From: Ruditapes philippinarum
Taxonomy: Eukaryota
Length of the DNA: 64,000 bases
Reading direction: 5' to 3'
Assembly (NCBI RefSeq): GCF_026571515.1
Contig: NW_026864289.1
Location: 124,001-188,000 of the forward strand
Shown: positions 26,601 to 39,500 of the stretch, one piece after another
Layout of the letters: the number at the start of each line of letters is the position of its first letter
Position numbering within the stretch: position 1 is the stretch's first letter
Program-made: the position numbers and the translations under genes
Notes under the pieces: model-generated
Database searches by the model: none
What the model was told of the DNA's origin: nothing
The model's input: only the letters and a program-made list of their open reading frames with translations

Positions 26601-29600
26601 TCATTTCTGTGATGAAAATAAAATCTTTTTCATCGAAATGTGTGAATTCTGGTGTATTACAGCTAGCAATATCCTCCTGAATTTTCTTTTTCAATGCAAA
26701 ATCATCAGCAGACAACATGTATTCAAACATTTTCTTTGCTGTATTCCGATGCTTTGATGAAAAACATGGGTTTAATTATTTTTCTTTTTTAGTTTTGTAT
26801 TAGAAGAATTATTTTATATACAAATCTAACAGATTACTTAAATATGCTTTTGGAAATCCTTGTCTGCTTTCCCAAAGTTAATATGAGTAATCCAAATCAT
26901 CAACTTGATGTTATGTTGGTTAACAAAAGGTCATGATCGTGTAAGATCTATAAGAAATTGCTAAATTATTTTTCTTCAGATTTAAAACAACAATAAACCA
27001 AGCAAAAAAAGAATAAATAAATAACAAATAAATAAATAAAAACAAGGAAATGTCCAAAACAGAAGCGTTTGGAAATTAATGCAATGAGGACTTATTTTAC
27101 CTTTTCAAAAATAAGAGGAAAAATGTAAAAAAATATAGTTCAGTACCTTATAATTTGCCCTTTTCTCTTTCATAAACATTTTTTCAAACACGTAGGAAAA
27201 TGGTCCTCTGCCTAAAATAATAATACTAATAATAATAATAATTCAATTTGAATTTCTAAGATAATAATATTTTAATTGCGTAAAAGTTGACGAAATAAAA
27301 CGAAATAATGTTCCCGTTGAAGACTAAGATTTTTCATCTTCAATTTTCAAGAACTAGTTTGTGTTGTTTGTGTTACTTGATGGATAAAAAGTGACTCCAA
27401 TATTTTTTTTTTGACTTAAATTTTTTCTAATTTTGTTGTACCATGATGGGGTAATTGTAATTTCAGATTTCATCGCATATTGTTTTACGTGCAAGTACCA
27501 AATAAATGAAAAGCGGTTACTCGAAGCAGGCTAAGAACCGCAATAAAATCGTATGTTTTTTCAAGGTTCAATTCTGTAGTTCAGTATTTCTTTTAATATA
27601 ATTTATATATATTTTTTTTGTTCGTTTTATGCAAAAATTTCATTTTTTGTTTGTAGGCTTTTGGACTTGAGTGGAGCTAATTGAAGAGTTCCTTTGTAAA
27701 TAATGGCTGAACTTTGCGCTAACAGAGAAGACTGTTTGAACTGGACAATTTCAACAGTGGCAAAACATATAAAAAGTCCAGCTAGCTGACGGAACGCCGG
27801 TGGTTCTACTCAGGTGCCCGTTTGTGCCTAAAATAATTTGAGGAAGGCATCCGATGATCGTTCTTCCTCCACCACCAGTACCGTAAACGGAACGTCGCGA
27901 TCATATGACTTTACTGTGAACGATGTTGACCGTTAAAACCCAAAACAAAACAACATAAGATATATAAAAAAAGAAACCTGACTTTATGTATTTTAGTCGC
28001 CGGTCGTATAAAAAAGTTTAGACAGAAGGTTTCCTATCAAGGATTGTGAAATACAGAATGTAGTCCAAATATGACTGATGCTTTAGGGTATATAGAGTGA
28101 AAATCAAAGTGGACCGACACTATAAGGAAAGTAAGCATTAGCTTAGTTTAGTTTATTAATAATTTATTTTATTTCGGTTGTGTTGAAAGCTATAAATTAT
28201 TGAAACACTCTAAAATCTGTTTCTGGAACCAACCAGTAAAGCAATAATTGTTAAGTTTCTTTCTCAAGGATTTAAAATTAAAACATACATTATAAGCATT
28301 GGCGCCAATGACTCTAAAAGACCGGCAAAAAGGAAAGAGATAATTACATTATGATAACATGGTTATATTTAACAGCTGCCAAACAGTTTGAAAATTAACT
28401 GATGTGAGTATACAATTCAGCAGATTCTTGGCAGACAGACAGACAGATCTCCTTATTTCCTTTTAAAGTATAATACAATAGGAGAAAGCTCGGGTTCATT
28501 GGGTCGCTCAATGGCGACATCGAAAAGTACGCTTTGCTTCAATGCTTTACGTTAACTTTAAAAACAATATCTTAGCCCTACCCAAATCATGACAGAGTCC
28601 AGCTATTTCCACACATAGAATATCCCTATCTGTAATCGGTTCATTTGGCTGGTGTTGACGGATAGATCTCAATAATTTTCCTGCCAGATAGCTGACTCTG
28701 TAACAAACATACATTTGTATATATTAGTTACATACGAGTTATTTGATTTTATTTTTTCAAACATTTTTATGTTCAGAATTGTATCGTTAAACAATAATAT
28801 TCTAAGCTCATCAGATTATATTATTTAAAGATATAGATATTTTACATAGAACTTCTTTGTTTGTCTTTGATCTCTATTTATTTGTTCAATTATTTTTATC
28901 GATGTCGTCATAATTTACAATTGCGTGTCTAAACTAAAAGTATTATTGCCTATTCGCTCAAAGAATGGTTACGATATTTTCCAAATGAAGATACGAATAT
29001 AGAGTATATAAGTTTTTTTTCAATTTGTGTTAAGGGTTATACATATTTGACCCGGGAAGGGCTGAACCAAATGTTGCTATAACGTGTTGCCCGACCTATT
29101 GGCTTTGTATTATACACTTATCATTTGTATACTATTTTAAATGTATTTGATGCAATTAAATATGTTTAAACTTAACTTATTTGACTAATCAATAAAACGA
29201 ATTAATAAATGTTTTATAAAATATGTTGATGAGTTTACCTACCCTATAGAGTGCTCAAACCTATTATGACTGGCACCTGGATAAACCAGGTAACAGGTGT
29301 CTAGTTGTTTAATGTGTCTTAGGCGCTGAAACTGAGGCGTGTCTATGATACTTATACATGCCGGATGCATTTCTATGGTTCCATGAATAGGATCGTTGAA
29401 TATCTATGCGAAAGCAGTTGATAATTGAATGAAAGCAACAAGTTATAAAGGTAACAACATTCTTGTGCAAAATAAATTGAATCTATCATGCAGTCAGTAC
29501 ATAATTTAAACGCACACGCACGCATGCATACGCGCACGCACGCGCGCACGCACGCATACACGCACGCACACGCACGCACACACACACGCACACACGCACA

Positions 29601-30253
29601 CACACACACACACACACTAACTCCACTCTTTCAAAAAACAGATCGATACATACATACAATCACTCGGGCACACAACAAGTAAAGTGTAAACGTTTAGGAT
29701 GTTGCATTTCGTTCACAATATCCTTCATTTTTAAATGTTAATTTGCATATACATGTATATAATATACATATTCCTTAGAATTCCTACAAATAATTTCATA
29801 TCGAAAACTGTTCAGAAACGATACACAACTGAGGTCAAGAAGCTTAAAGTTTAAAAAAATTTGAATCTGTTCCAAGGACCGACTGGGTCACTTAGAATGG
29901 AAAAAAAATTGAAAAAATAACGATTGATACTCAGAATAAAAGTGAAAATCATTTACTTGTGCTATTCTTAATCCGATTTGAGTTTAAGTTAAATGCGTCT
30001 CATTTTTGTGATATTGTTTTACTATTTAAATGATTGAAAACGAACTAAGCGAATTATCTGAAATTTTGGTCAAAAGTTATTGATCAGGACCCACATCAAA
30101 TTAAGTTAAATAGCACCCAATTCAGTCATGTGAAAAAACCTCAGTGGAGGTAAAACCAGATTGGCTAGCTAATTAGCATATATATACCTTTCCCTTTGTA
30201 GATTCTTTTTCTGCATTGACACCTGTATCGTGTTGGGCTTGATTTTGATCCAT
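15564..30253 (-). CDS. SAMHD1: SAMHD1-like HD-domain dNTP triphosphohydrolase paralog A (no SAM domain), ~570 aa, 14 coding exons
   Basis: Exons 30253-30188, 29403-29243, 28697-28582, 27211-27147, 26751-26572, 26229-26182, 25728-25477, 25147-25056, 24238-24185, 20698-20437, 16780-16682, 16365-16261, 16004-15864 and 15635-15564. All introns are GT-AG with compatible phases; 1713 nt with no internal stop. Motifs [96 protein letters not shown] and [19 protein letters not shown]. Confidence 0.93.
16973..17105. repeat. ~22-bp tandem repeat
   Basis: About 6 units of aagtcatggataagtataa(a/g)g. Confidence 0.7.
17603..17689. repeat. (CA)n/(CG)n microsatellite
   Basis: Directly visible alternating purine-pyrimidine run. 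Confidence 0.9.
19830..20260 (+). mobile_element. Degraded Tc1/mariner-superfamily transposase catalytic-domain relic
   Basis: Fragmentary [26 protein letters not shown]...[11 protein letters not shown]...[11 protein letters not shown] resembles the VW.G / QD.AP.H / W...SPD motifs. Confidence 0.6.
22840..24135 (-). mobile_element. 5'-truncated CR1/L2-type LINE (RT C-terminal part, 3' UTR, AATAAA plus (TCTA)n tail) in an intron of SAMHD1-A
   Basis: [66 protein letters not shown], with frameshifts and deletions. Confidence 0.88.
24694..25046. mobile_element. TGT...ACA-ended inverted-repeat element whose arms are tRNA-like
   Basis: Left arm tgtttcagggtgagaaaaatgtgcagcc...gaacccgggccctcggaata...gcttacaca is inverted in tgtgtaagc...tagctcatttggtagagc..tattccgagggccctgggtcagagtcc...ggctgcacaatgttctcgccctgtgaca; TATA on both flanks. 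Confidence 0.7.
27775..27950 (+). mobile_element. 5'-truncated tRNA-SINE copy
   Basis: ccagctagctgacggaacgccggtggttctactcaggtgcccg...cttcctccacca...catatgac...gttaaaacccaaaac matches the body and tail of the SINE family. Confidence 0.7.
29511..29617. repeat. (CACG)n/(CA)n microsatellite
   Basis: Directly visible; explains the spurious ORFs 29373-29615 and 29488-29682. Confidence 0.9.
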
Positions 30254-30969
30254 TGTTCGTTTTGTCGTTCTTCAGATGATTTAGCTCTGGTTAAAAATCA
30301 CCAAACTGAAGTAAAAACAATTCTAACACTATCGGAAATTTTCCTATATAGACAAAGAAGGCCGGAAGCGTGCATTATTCTACAACAATGCAATCGCCGT
30401 TCTTATTATCTCCCTGTGTATTTTCACATTGAGGGCGCCATTTTGTTTAAAAAAAATCTGATAAATAAAAACAAATTTTTGTCGAATTTTGTTCTGAAAA
30501 CTATCTAGAATGAAAGAAAATGGTCTAACTAAGAAAATTAATCCGAACACCAATATCTCTTTAATTCAGTCGTTAACGTTGTACAAGCGTTTAAAGTGTT
30601 TGTTTTACGTGACGTCACAATGTAGCGCCAAACAGCACGTGCAAAACAATCAAATCAAGTACGCTATTTTAATGTCACAAACGAGTTAAGTTTTACATTT
30701 ATTCCCTTTTAATAATTTGTATTTTCGCTTGAAAAATTATAGAGTGAAAAAAAATAAACAAACAAAGTTTTATCAACGTTTTCAAAATTCGTTTTTCTCA
30801 AAATGTTTCTACACACGGTAGATTTAACGACAGTTTTTTTCAACCCACTGGAACAGCCCCTTTAAAGAACGTTTCTATTGGAAACTCTGAGACGAAAAAC
30901 AAATTAAACCACCAAACATAAAGTCCAACTTTGAAATAATAATTATATTTTTTCTTGACGTGTTAGAAT

Positions 30970-31142
30970 GGAAATAGATATTAATTCTTCGTGCATTATT
31001 GTATAATAATGCACGGTTTTCGTTAAAATGCTTTGTAATTAATCACTCAGGCCTATCAGCCTTCGTGATTATATTACTACGCATTTGAACTCAAACCGTG
31101 CATTATTCTACAACAATGCACTCAGAATTGATATCTATTTCC
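30970..31142. mobile_element. Palindromic MITE-like element
   Basis: ggaaatagatattaattct..gtgcattattgtataataatgcacggttt ... aaaccgtgcattattctacaacaatgcac..agaattgatatctatttcc; centre aatcacTCaggc-ctatca-gcctTCgtgatt. Confidence 0.75.
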
Positions 31143-34100
31143 TAAATAAAGTATTAAAACATCTTTTTAGCGTTCTACGATTTCGATAAGGACTGCTTCA
31201 GAAATTCATTTTGCAATGCTTTATTCTAAATATCTAAGATATGTTTATCCAAAAGAAGATTCAAATGTGTTTTCTTACATAAATTTATATTAATTAAGTG
31301 ACTCCATGTGCTTAGTGGAAGATCACGTGGCAATGATACAAGCCAAACATATTGTAGTTTCGGAGAAGCTGACTTTCAAAGATTTTATTTTCATAGTCTA
31401 TTTTTAGCTTTTGTGACATACTTACGCATCAGATTGAAATAAAATAAAATGTTACTGTACCTATAACAGATTTTAAAAAAAGAAGCTACAAACCAGTAAA
31501 ATAAATTTCAACTTCCTGGACTGAATGTGGCTAGATTAAACATGAATAAAAAATTAACTTCTGCAGAATGATTAAATTACCACTTCTACGTAAGTTATTA
31601 TACTGATATACCTTTTGAATAAAAGCGCAGAAAAAAACATAAAGCGGTAAGATTAACTTCGATAAGGTATTTCTTTGTTTAATTGTACCGTAGCTGTCAG
31701 GTTTATAAGCATAATGTGCCTTCCAAATAACTTAATGATAACCTTTTGTAGAGTTCACCTATTAATTACACCTATTAATTATACTTCCTTTCAATGTGAT
31801 CGCTGTGCGATTGACAAGTCACAAAATATATGCTTTGTTTAGAAGATTATTTATGCACAATTACATTGTTACGTTCAGTTTTGTAATTATATTTCTCAAA
31901 TGTTTTTTTTTTATTTCTAATTATTTATAATAACTCTTTGGTGCCCTTCGTGCACAATGCTATCGATTGCGAAAAATGCAAAAGTAGTATATCTTATTTA
32001 TTTTTCTTATCAATCATTAGTCTCAAATTTCTTTTTATCATTATTTCATCATTTGAAAAAAATGTTTTGGCCATTTAATATTAAGCATTAGATCGATTGG
32101 AGTTAATATAATTTGTCATAGGTAACCTTTTGCTTATTGATATGATAGCTACATTACTGATTTGTTTATTAATTAGTTTCTTATTTAATGCTGTGAATGC
32201 CACGTAAGTAAACTTTTGCTTTAGTTGCTCTGTATATAATAATATCTATTCAGTGATGAAGTTTTAAACAGTTATGAAACCCCAAAAGAAACGACCGTAA
32301 GTGTTCAACATCATATGCCGACCAATTACTCCGATTTTCAAAAAAATGACTTTCTTAATCGTATGAACACTTATTTATTTAGCCGAACACTTAATAACGG
32401 TAATTAAGAGTTTGCTACGAAGTGCGCATGTGTAGAATGAATGTAGTAGCCCTGCGTAACTATTCCGACATGACATTGTTAAATTCAAAGCAAGAACTAG
32501 GTCAACGTTTCTTCTTCATAAAATTAATTACCGCTTTCTTGTGGAGGAGTCGTTTTGTTTTTAATCCCATGGAGAAAATGAATACAAACCCGAACATTTT
32601 GGTCATTTTGAACTGACAGATATTAATGATTGTCATTTAAACATTTGTCTATTAATGCACACAGTTGTTAAAGTTTCACTCCTCCTTTCACATTGTTTAG
32701 GGCTTACTTAAGTATATTTCACATGGAATTGTCCTCAAACCCACAGCCAGAAAGAAAACCATTCAGAGAAGGGCTAATGTTGATTACATCAAAAATCATT
32801 CACGTCCGATATATTTCATATATTTCATATTTCGCCATATTTTTCTTTGCTATTTATTGATTGATTGTCGTAGCTATTACATTAACTTTGCTGCCTATTG
32901 TACCCATTGTATTGTAAACGACCTTCAATAGGATGAAGGATTTTAAAGTACTAACTTTATTAAATAAAAATTGTGTTGTATTTTTGTTAATATTGCAATG
33001 TTAATGCATAAAATTGTCAATAATTCGGAGTTTTAAAATGTTCTTTTTATTGGGCTTTAGTCAGTCATATAAGCGAATAATTAACTTCTCCCAAACAGAC
33101 CCCTTGTTATACTAATTCTAACATTTTTTACAAGTTCATTTGTATCATAATGGTGTTAATTGAATATCAAACACATTAATTTAGTAATGTGGTTCTTTTT
33201 ATTACCCCGCACGGAATAGTTACCGTGCGATAAATTGATATTCGAAAACCTTTTTTCCATTAACGCACTGTATGCCTGTTTGTGCTGGTTTGACATATAA
33301 TGTCATATTCTTTACAGTAAACACAATTTTGTGACAATTTTATTCTTAGAGAATCCTGTCCTTTAATTTCATTATTACGACTCTTTTAACCAATAGTAAA
33401 CAAAAACATTCTTATTCAGTTGTAGGTATTGTAACTTATAATTACATTGATTAAAAAGTAGGTAAAGAAATGATTTTAATTAAAAGAAGTGACATGAGAC
33501 GCAAAAGCTTACTTCAGAAAATCGTTTTTCTTTTCTATCAGATTGTTCAAGTACACGTATCAAATCAAACATAAATCTAGATGTTATCCGGAATTCGGCA
33601 ATTGTGGGGTTCTCCAAGTTTATCGCCTGGTACCAACAAACTTTTACCGTTATAGCTTCAAGGAGCACGTTACATTTAATTACGAAGCTTTTAAATAGTA
33701 AAAAAATGTAGTGCAATCACTTCCCCTCCATACCTTGATCATTAATATGTAAAATGTTTTTGACAAGATTCTTTTTTGTTACGTGTACTACTGCTTCTAA
33801 CTTGATGATTGTATATGTTCACATGTTTTTTACATATTGTAAACTGTGACTCTGACAATATAGTTTTGAATTGAATTGAAATTGAAAAATGTAACTCCCC
33901 CGAATTTGCTTGAAAACCTCAAATTAAACAGTAAAAGGAATAAGTGCATAAGGAAAAGGTAACTTGCAAAATTAAGAATGTATTTAGTATTAATTACTGT
34001 GAAGAAATATTCGTACGTGTGTGATAGCATTAACTTATATTATCATATCAAAACTTATTTTATCTTGCGTGTTATGTTCAATTAGTATACTGACATATTT

Positions 34101-34429
34101 TTTTTAATTCATCAGTACTACTGAAAGTTAAATACCTGTTAAAATTTTGTTAGGTGATGTCGCTTTGGTAGTTTAATTCCGTTATTCTGTTTTCATTTAT
34201 TTTTATTTTTCATGTAACAAATGATTATGTATAAATCTCTCTTTGTTAAACTGCATTCTAAATTATGAAATCTCTCATTATAAATATATACATGTTAAAA
34301 TACAATCATGAAACATGATATACTTTACCTTGACTAATACAATAGTGAATGCACAGGTTCGGACGTAGATAATGATTACCTAACATGCATTTGCTGCTAA
34401 TTGAGATTTTGAGATTATTCTACCTACAA

Positions 34430-36098
34430 ATGACAGGCATAAAACATATCTGGTTCTAAAATTCCAGTAGTTGATGAAGCTAAGTTGTTAGGAATTATAT
34501 TTGATAAAAAACTTTTTTTTTTATCCACATATTAAACATTTGAAAACTAAATGCCTGAAAGCTTTAAATTTACTTAAGGTTTTATCAAGTACAAATTTGG
34601 GATCAAATTCTTCCACATTACTGAAATTATACAGAAGTCTTATCCGATCAAAGTTAGATTATGGTTCTGTAGTATATGGGTTGCAAGAAAATTATTTCTT
34701 CAAATGCTAGATACTGTACATCACCAGGGTTTACGTTTAGCTTTAGGTGCTTTTCGCGCCACACCTGTATAAAGTCTTTATGCGGAAGCTGGGGAACCAT
34801 CGCTTCATCTATGTCGAAAAAAGATATCACTTCAATATGCAACTAGAATTCCATCTAATAGCAATAATTTTAAAACCAAGTTGTACTGAAAAATTTGTTA
34901 ACAAACCAAAGGAAATTAAACCATTAGGCCTTCGTTTAAAAGACGATTTAGATAAACTTAAAATTAATCCAGACAGTATCCTTCAAAATGACGATGAGGA
35001 TTTTTCCACCATGGACTTACGATATAATTCCCATAAAATAAATATTAACTTTTCAAATATAAAAAAGTCATCAAATTCACCTGAACATTTCAAAGAGAAG
35101 TTTCCAGCAATTAAGGAAGAACATGAAGATTTTACACATATTTATACGGACGGTTCAAAAGAAGGTTGCATATTAGGTGCGGCTGTGTTTGAAAATAATT
35201 TTACATCTAGTATGAGGTTACTAGATAATGCGTCAAATTTTACTGCTGAAGCAAAAGCTACAGAATTAGCATTGTCATACATAGTAGTGATAATAAAGCT
35301 TACCCATGATAAATTTGTGATATTTTCTGACCCGCTTTGTGTTTTAATATCCATTAAAAATAAAAAGTCTGACAATATCATGATAAAGAAAGTTCTTTTA
35401 CGATTTCATGATATACTTTAAACAAAATCTGTTTAATTATATTGGATTCCAAGTCATGTAGGTATACGAGGAAATGAAAAAGTAGATGCTTTAGCTAAAC
35501 AATTATTAAATTAAAAAAAAACTGACTTATTGTTACCTGCTTGTGATTTTAGACCGGCTATAAATAAACTCGTATCATCTGAATGGAAAGCTAATTGGGA
35601 CAATGCCGTTTTCAATAAACTTCACGATATAAACCCATCTTTTGATGTGTCACCATCTCTATCTCTGACAAACCGCCATGATCAAACAGTTCTTCTTCGA
35701 TGCCGAATTGGACACACTAAAATTACCCACTCTTATCTCGTCACGAATGACAATGCCCTTTTCTGTGTAGCTTGTAATTAAAATTTTACTGTCAAGTATT
35801 TTCTTCTTGAATGTCATGATTTTTCACAAGCCCGTAATAGATTTTATTGTGTAAATTCACTAAAAGAACTCTTCAATACAATTCCATAAAAAAATCATTG
35901 ATTATTTGATGAGATAAACTTGTATTCTCGGATCTAATTGGCTCATTTTCATTGTCATTTACAAAGTTTAACATAACATTTTAAGCCTATTATAACATTC
36001 GACACGATATGGCCAGTTATGTGTTGGCGTGCCGTAAAAATCCAAACAAACAAACAAAAGCATAAAACAAACAAAAATAAAACAAAAACAAAAAAAAC
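34430..36098 (+). mobile_element. 5'-truncated RNase H-containing LINE (I/Nimb-like), degraded
   Basis: RT thumb (KLLGIIFD..KALNLLKVLSST..LYRSLIRSKLDYGSVVYG), RNase H (YTDGSK, FTAEAKA, IFSD, WIPSHVGIRGNEKVD), C-terminal RCRIGHTKITHSYL..C..C knuckle, and an (AAAC)n/A-rich tail; several frameshifts. Confidence 0.9.
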
Positions 36099-38559
36099 TC
36101 TCATTTTCTCAATTAATAAAAAACCAGATATTGATGCTACCAACACAACATATTTGTTTGAGTAATCCTCTTCTGTTTATTTGTTTTTTTCACATATTTG
36201 TAAACATTACTGAGTATAAGTCACTTTTAAATGAGTAATGTTTACAATATAATAAACATATCTTTACGATTGGTGTTCACTGACAAATGTTTACTTAGGA
36301 AAGAGTAATATTCATTGGCAAATGACTATGACCTAATGAGAACCAAGGTATGTCACGGTATTGTCACAAAAAGAAAGGATAATAAGCTCCATTTTTACAG
36401 TGATAGTGACGCCAATAATTAAAAAAAGACTTTGTGGGTGTAACAGTTTAATATTAAAGCAAAGATACCTAGATAAAATTATTCCAGCATTGTATTAGCG
36501 TTGTTGATCAAATTTGTCAGGTGATATGGTCACAATGCACCAAAATAAAGCATTATGACAAGTACTTGATTTTTTTTAAAGCAAAACTCAATCTTTCTTA
36601 ATGAGTTTTTGCTTTAATTGAGACTCTCCACAGTTTAACTGATTATTTCTTACGTGTCTGAAACAGTGAAGAAAAAATAATGAAAAGTAAAGAGATTTTA
36701 TATACATTTTTATTTTTAATTTTTGAACGATCGCACCTGCAAATTAGAAGCAATTATCTAAAGGTATAGAATGCATTTTACAATATCGATTTCCAATCTG
36801 AATGTTTCCCTTACACAAAGGAAGCCAATGTTCAAACGAAACATAGAAATTGTATTTTAATGTGTACCTGAATAATATTTGAATTTCATATTTCAATAAA
36901 AAGTGTTCAATAAAAGAGTAAATGTGCTTTATTATTTGATATGAAATAGCGCTCAAAGTGCATGTTTATTTTTCAACATATGCAAATGCGACTTTTGTAA
37001 ATTGTAAATATTAAAAAGATCGATATTCAATGAATTATTAAAGTTCTTTGAAATATATATTTCACATTGTTGTCTTGATTATTTTTTATATTTTTTTATT
37101 TATCGTTTAATAAGAGGTTGACATAATCGTATTGTTAAATATTTTAATTTATTTCCAAAACACTTTTGAATGAAAAGTGAGAACACACGAAGTATGCATC
37201 TTTATTATACTTTTTATAATTTTTGATAAATAGCTTTTTGAAAAACTTTGAAATTCACTTTCAAATTGTGAGATATTGCACAATGCATAAATGGTGAATA
37301 TTGAATGTTGTTTCTCCCAATTTCTGCCAGAATCATGCACCATTATTTCATTAATATTTTCCATTTTTAAATATTAAGAATATTATACGTTTACGGTATA
37401 GTATTACTCAATGGAACTGCTTAAAATAGAACTGTTGCTATTGAATGTGACGACGTTTTTAATGTATTAACAATGAATTATGCCCATAAACACTACAATT
37501 TACTACAATTGTGTGATAGTCTTATCATTGATCTGATGATTATAATATATGTACATGTATTTGAAGGGAGGTTTACCATCCAGATATGTTTTACAGGAAA
37601 CTTTATGCTTATGCTCTATGGAATTTAATAAAATTTTATGGCAATTTATATAAAATGCCCTTTTTCAATTAAACGTTTCACTTATGTTTCCCCTACATCC
37701 AGACATGTTCGTCCTTGCTGTGACTCTTTCTATGAACAAAATAATAATAAGAAACAATTTTACGATTAACTAACATCTTTGTAAATTGTAGTTTCCGACT
37801 ATATTCTTCTGTCAGAACTGTAAAACTAAACTAAAATTAACATAATGGCGATTTACCATGCATTTAGAGTCTGTCAGAAATAAATCTTAAAGCTTTATTC
37901 TATGAAAGTTAAATATATTCTTTGTATTTTATTGAAAATGTTGGCTCATTTAGCTTACATAAACTTACATGTTTTTTCTTGTCCTGGATATTGTATGGAT
38001 AATTATATCAACTGGTATTATCACCCTAACGGGCACTATAAGGAACTGAAAAATTTATATCATAGGTCAGATATATATCTTAAGCATGTTTTGATAACCA
38101 GAAACGATCAAGTACAGCATGTTTCAAAAATTACTGAATTGTAGAGTACATTTATAGGACAAAAAGGCAAATCTAAATTTTACACAAACAGAGATTATCC
38201 CAACGAAATTATCCAAGCAATGTCACGCATCTGGTCTAATTACGAGGAAGGACGGTCCAGTATCAATTCAAAATGTATTGATATAGGATCTTAATCTAAT
38301 AAACAAAGCCAACAATGGCGTTATGTTGTGCAAATTTCGCAAAAGTAGAAACAATTACAACGCACCAGAGTGCATTGCATGCACAAGGTCTAAAACATCA
38401 CATGTTTGCGATTAACAAGTTCACAGCGTTATCAGAAACATTATCAGGCGCCGATTCCGGAAGTGACACCGAAAATAGAGAAAAACAGAATCCCTAAAGA
38501 AAATCCAACGCGACAAAATTGAAAATGTTGCAGGCTCGGTTTGATTGAGCCTGTTCAAG

Positions 38560-39500
38560 CATTATGGATCAATACAGCAAGTCAATACTTGATTCCGAAT
38601 CTCGACAGAAAAACAAGATTTTTTATTCAATCTGACTGGAATAAAATACATAGTTGGGTTTTTGACATTACCAATGATTCTTACTTGCAATGGTTTCAGA
38701 CAAGACTAACACATAGAATATTAGCTACTAGTTATCTTCTTTTGAAAATGAATTTATCAGTTACAAGTTTGTGTACTTTTTATAAATCAGAATATGAAAC
38801 ATTGTTACACCTATTTTAGGAATGCTCATTCGTCAAAATATTGATTACAGAAATTATTAAAATTGTTAAGTTTAATGATGCTTTATTTGATATTGATTGT
38901 CAAACTTTTATATAAGGTAATACAAAAAAAGAGCCAGTCAAAATACAATATCCTTTGTCTAGAGATAAAGAGATATGTTTATTTATGTAGGAGAAAAAAT
39001 ATTTTACCAAATATAGATTGATTAGTTAGAAGTTTTAAATTAGCCTCTTCAATTATTGATGCATGTGCAACAAATACAAAAGATAACATAATGAATTGGA
39101 CAATTGTTCAAAAAATCATTTAATTCTTTTTAAAGTAAAGGAAATTTATAATTAATTAATATACAGCCATTGCTTTTTGTTAAAAGTTTGAGTATAAGAA
39201 ACAACTACGTAATGTTTTCTCTGTTCAATGTATGAGCTACCTTTCCTTTTTTCTCTGCTTTTATTTCCCTTGTGATTTTGTTATATTATGTTGTGTATAT
39301 ATGTATATATTATTGTAGAAATGTGAAGTTGTGATAAATACTCAATGACAATAATTGTTAATTAATCAACAAATATTTTATACATGTATATATAGATCTA
39401 TATATGATAAATAAAATCTTTGTAAGGTATGGAGGGGGGTGCCCTCGACCCCCACATACCCATGACGAGGGAAATAAACTTTAAAAAAAAGGAAAAAAAA
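38560..39500 (+). mobile_element. 3' fragment of an L1/Tx1-type LINE
   Basis: WNKIH...LQWFQTRLTHRILATSYLLLKM...CTFYKSEYETLLHLF*EC (zf-RVT-like), followed by a 3' UTR, aataaa and an A-rich tail at ~39473-39500. Confidence 0.8.

Noticed and set aside
27147-27211. Possible frameshift or stop making SAMHD1-A a pseudogene
   Set aside because: Counting the A-run as six gives a 65-nt exon identical in length and phase to paralog B, and the frame is open.
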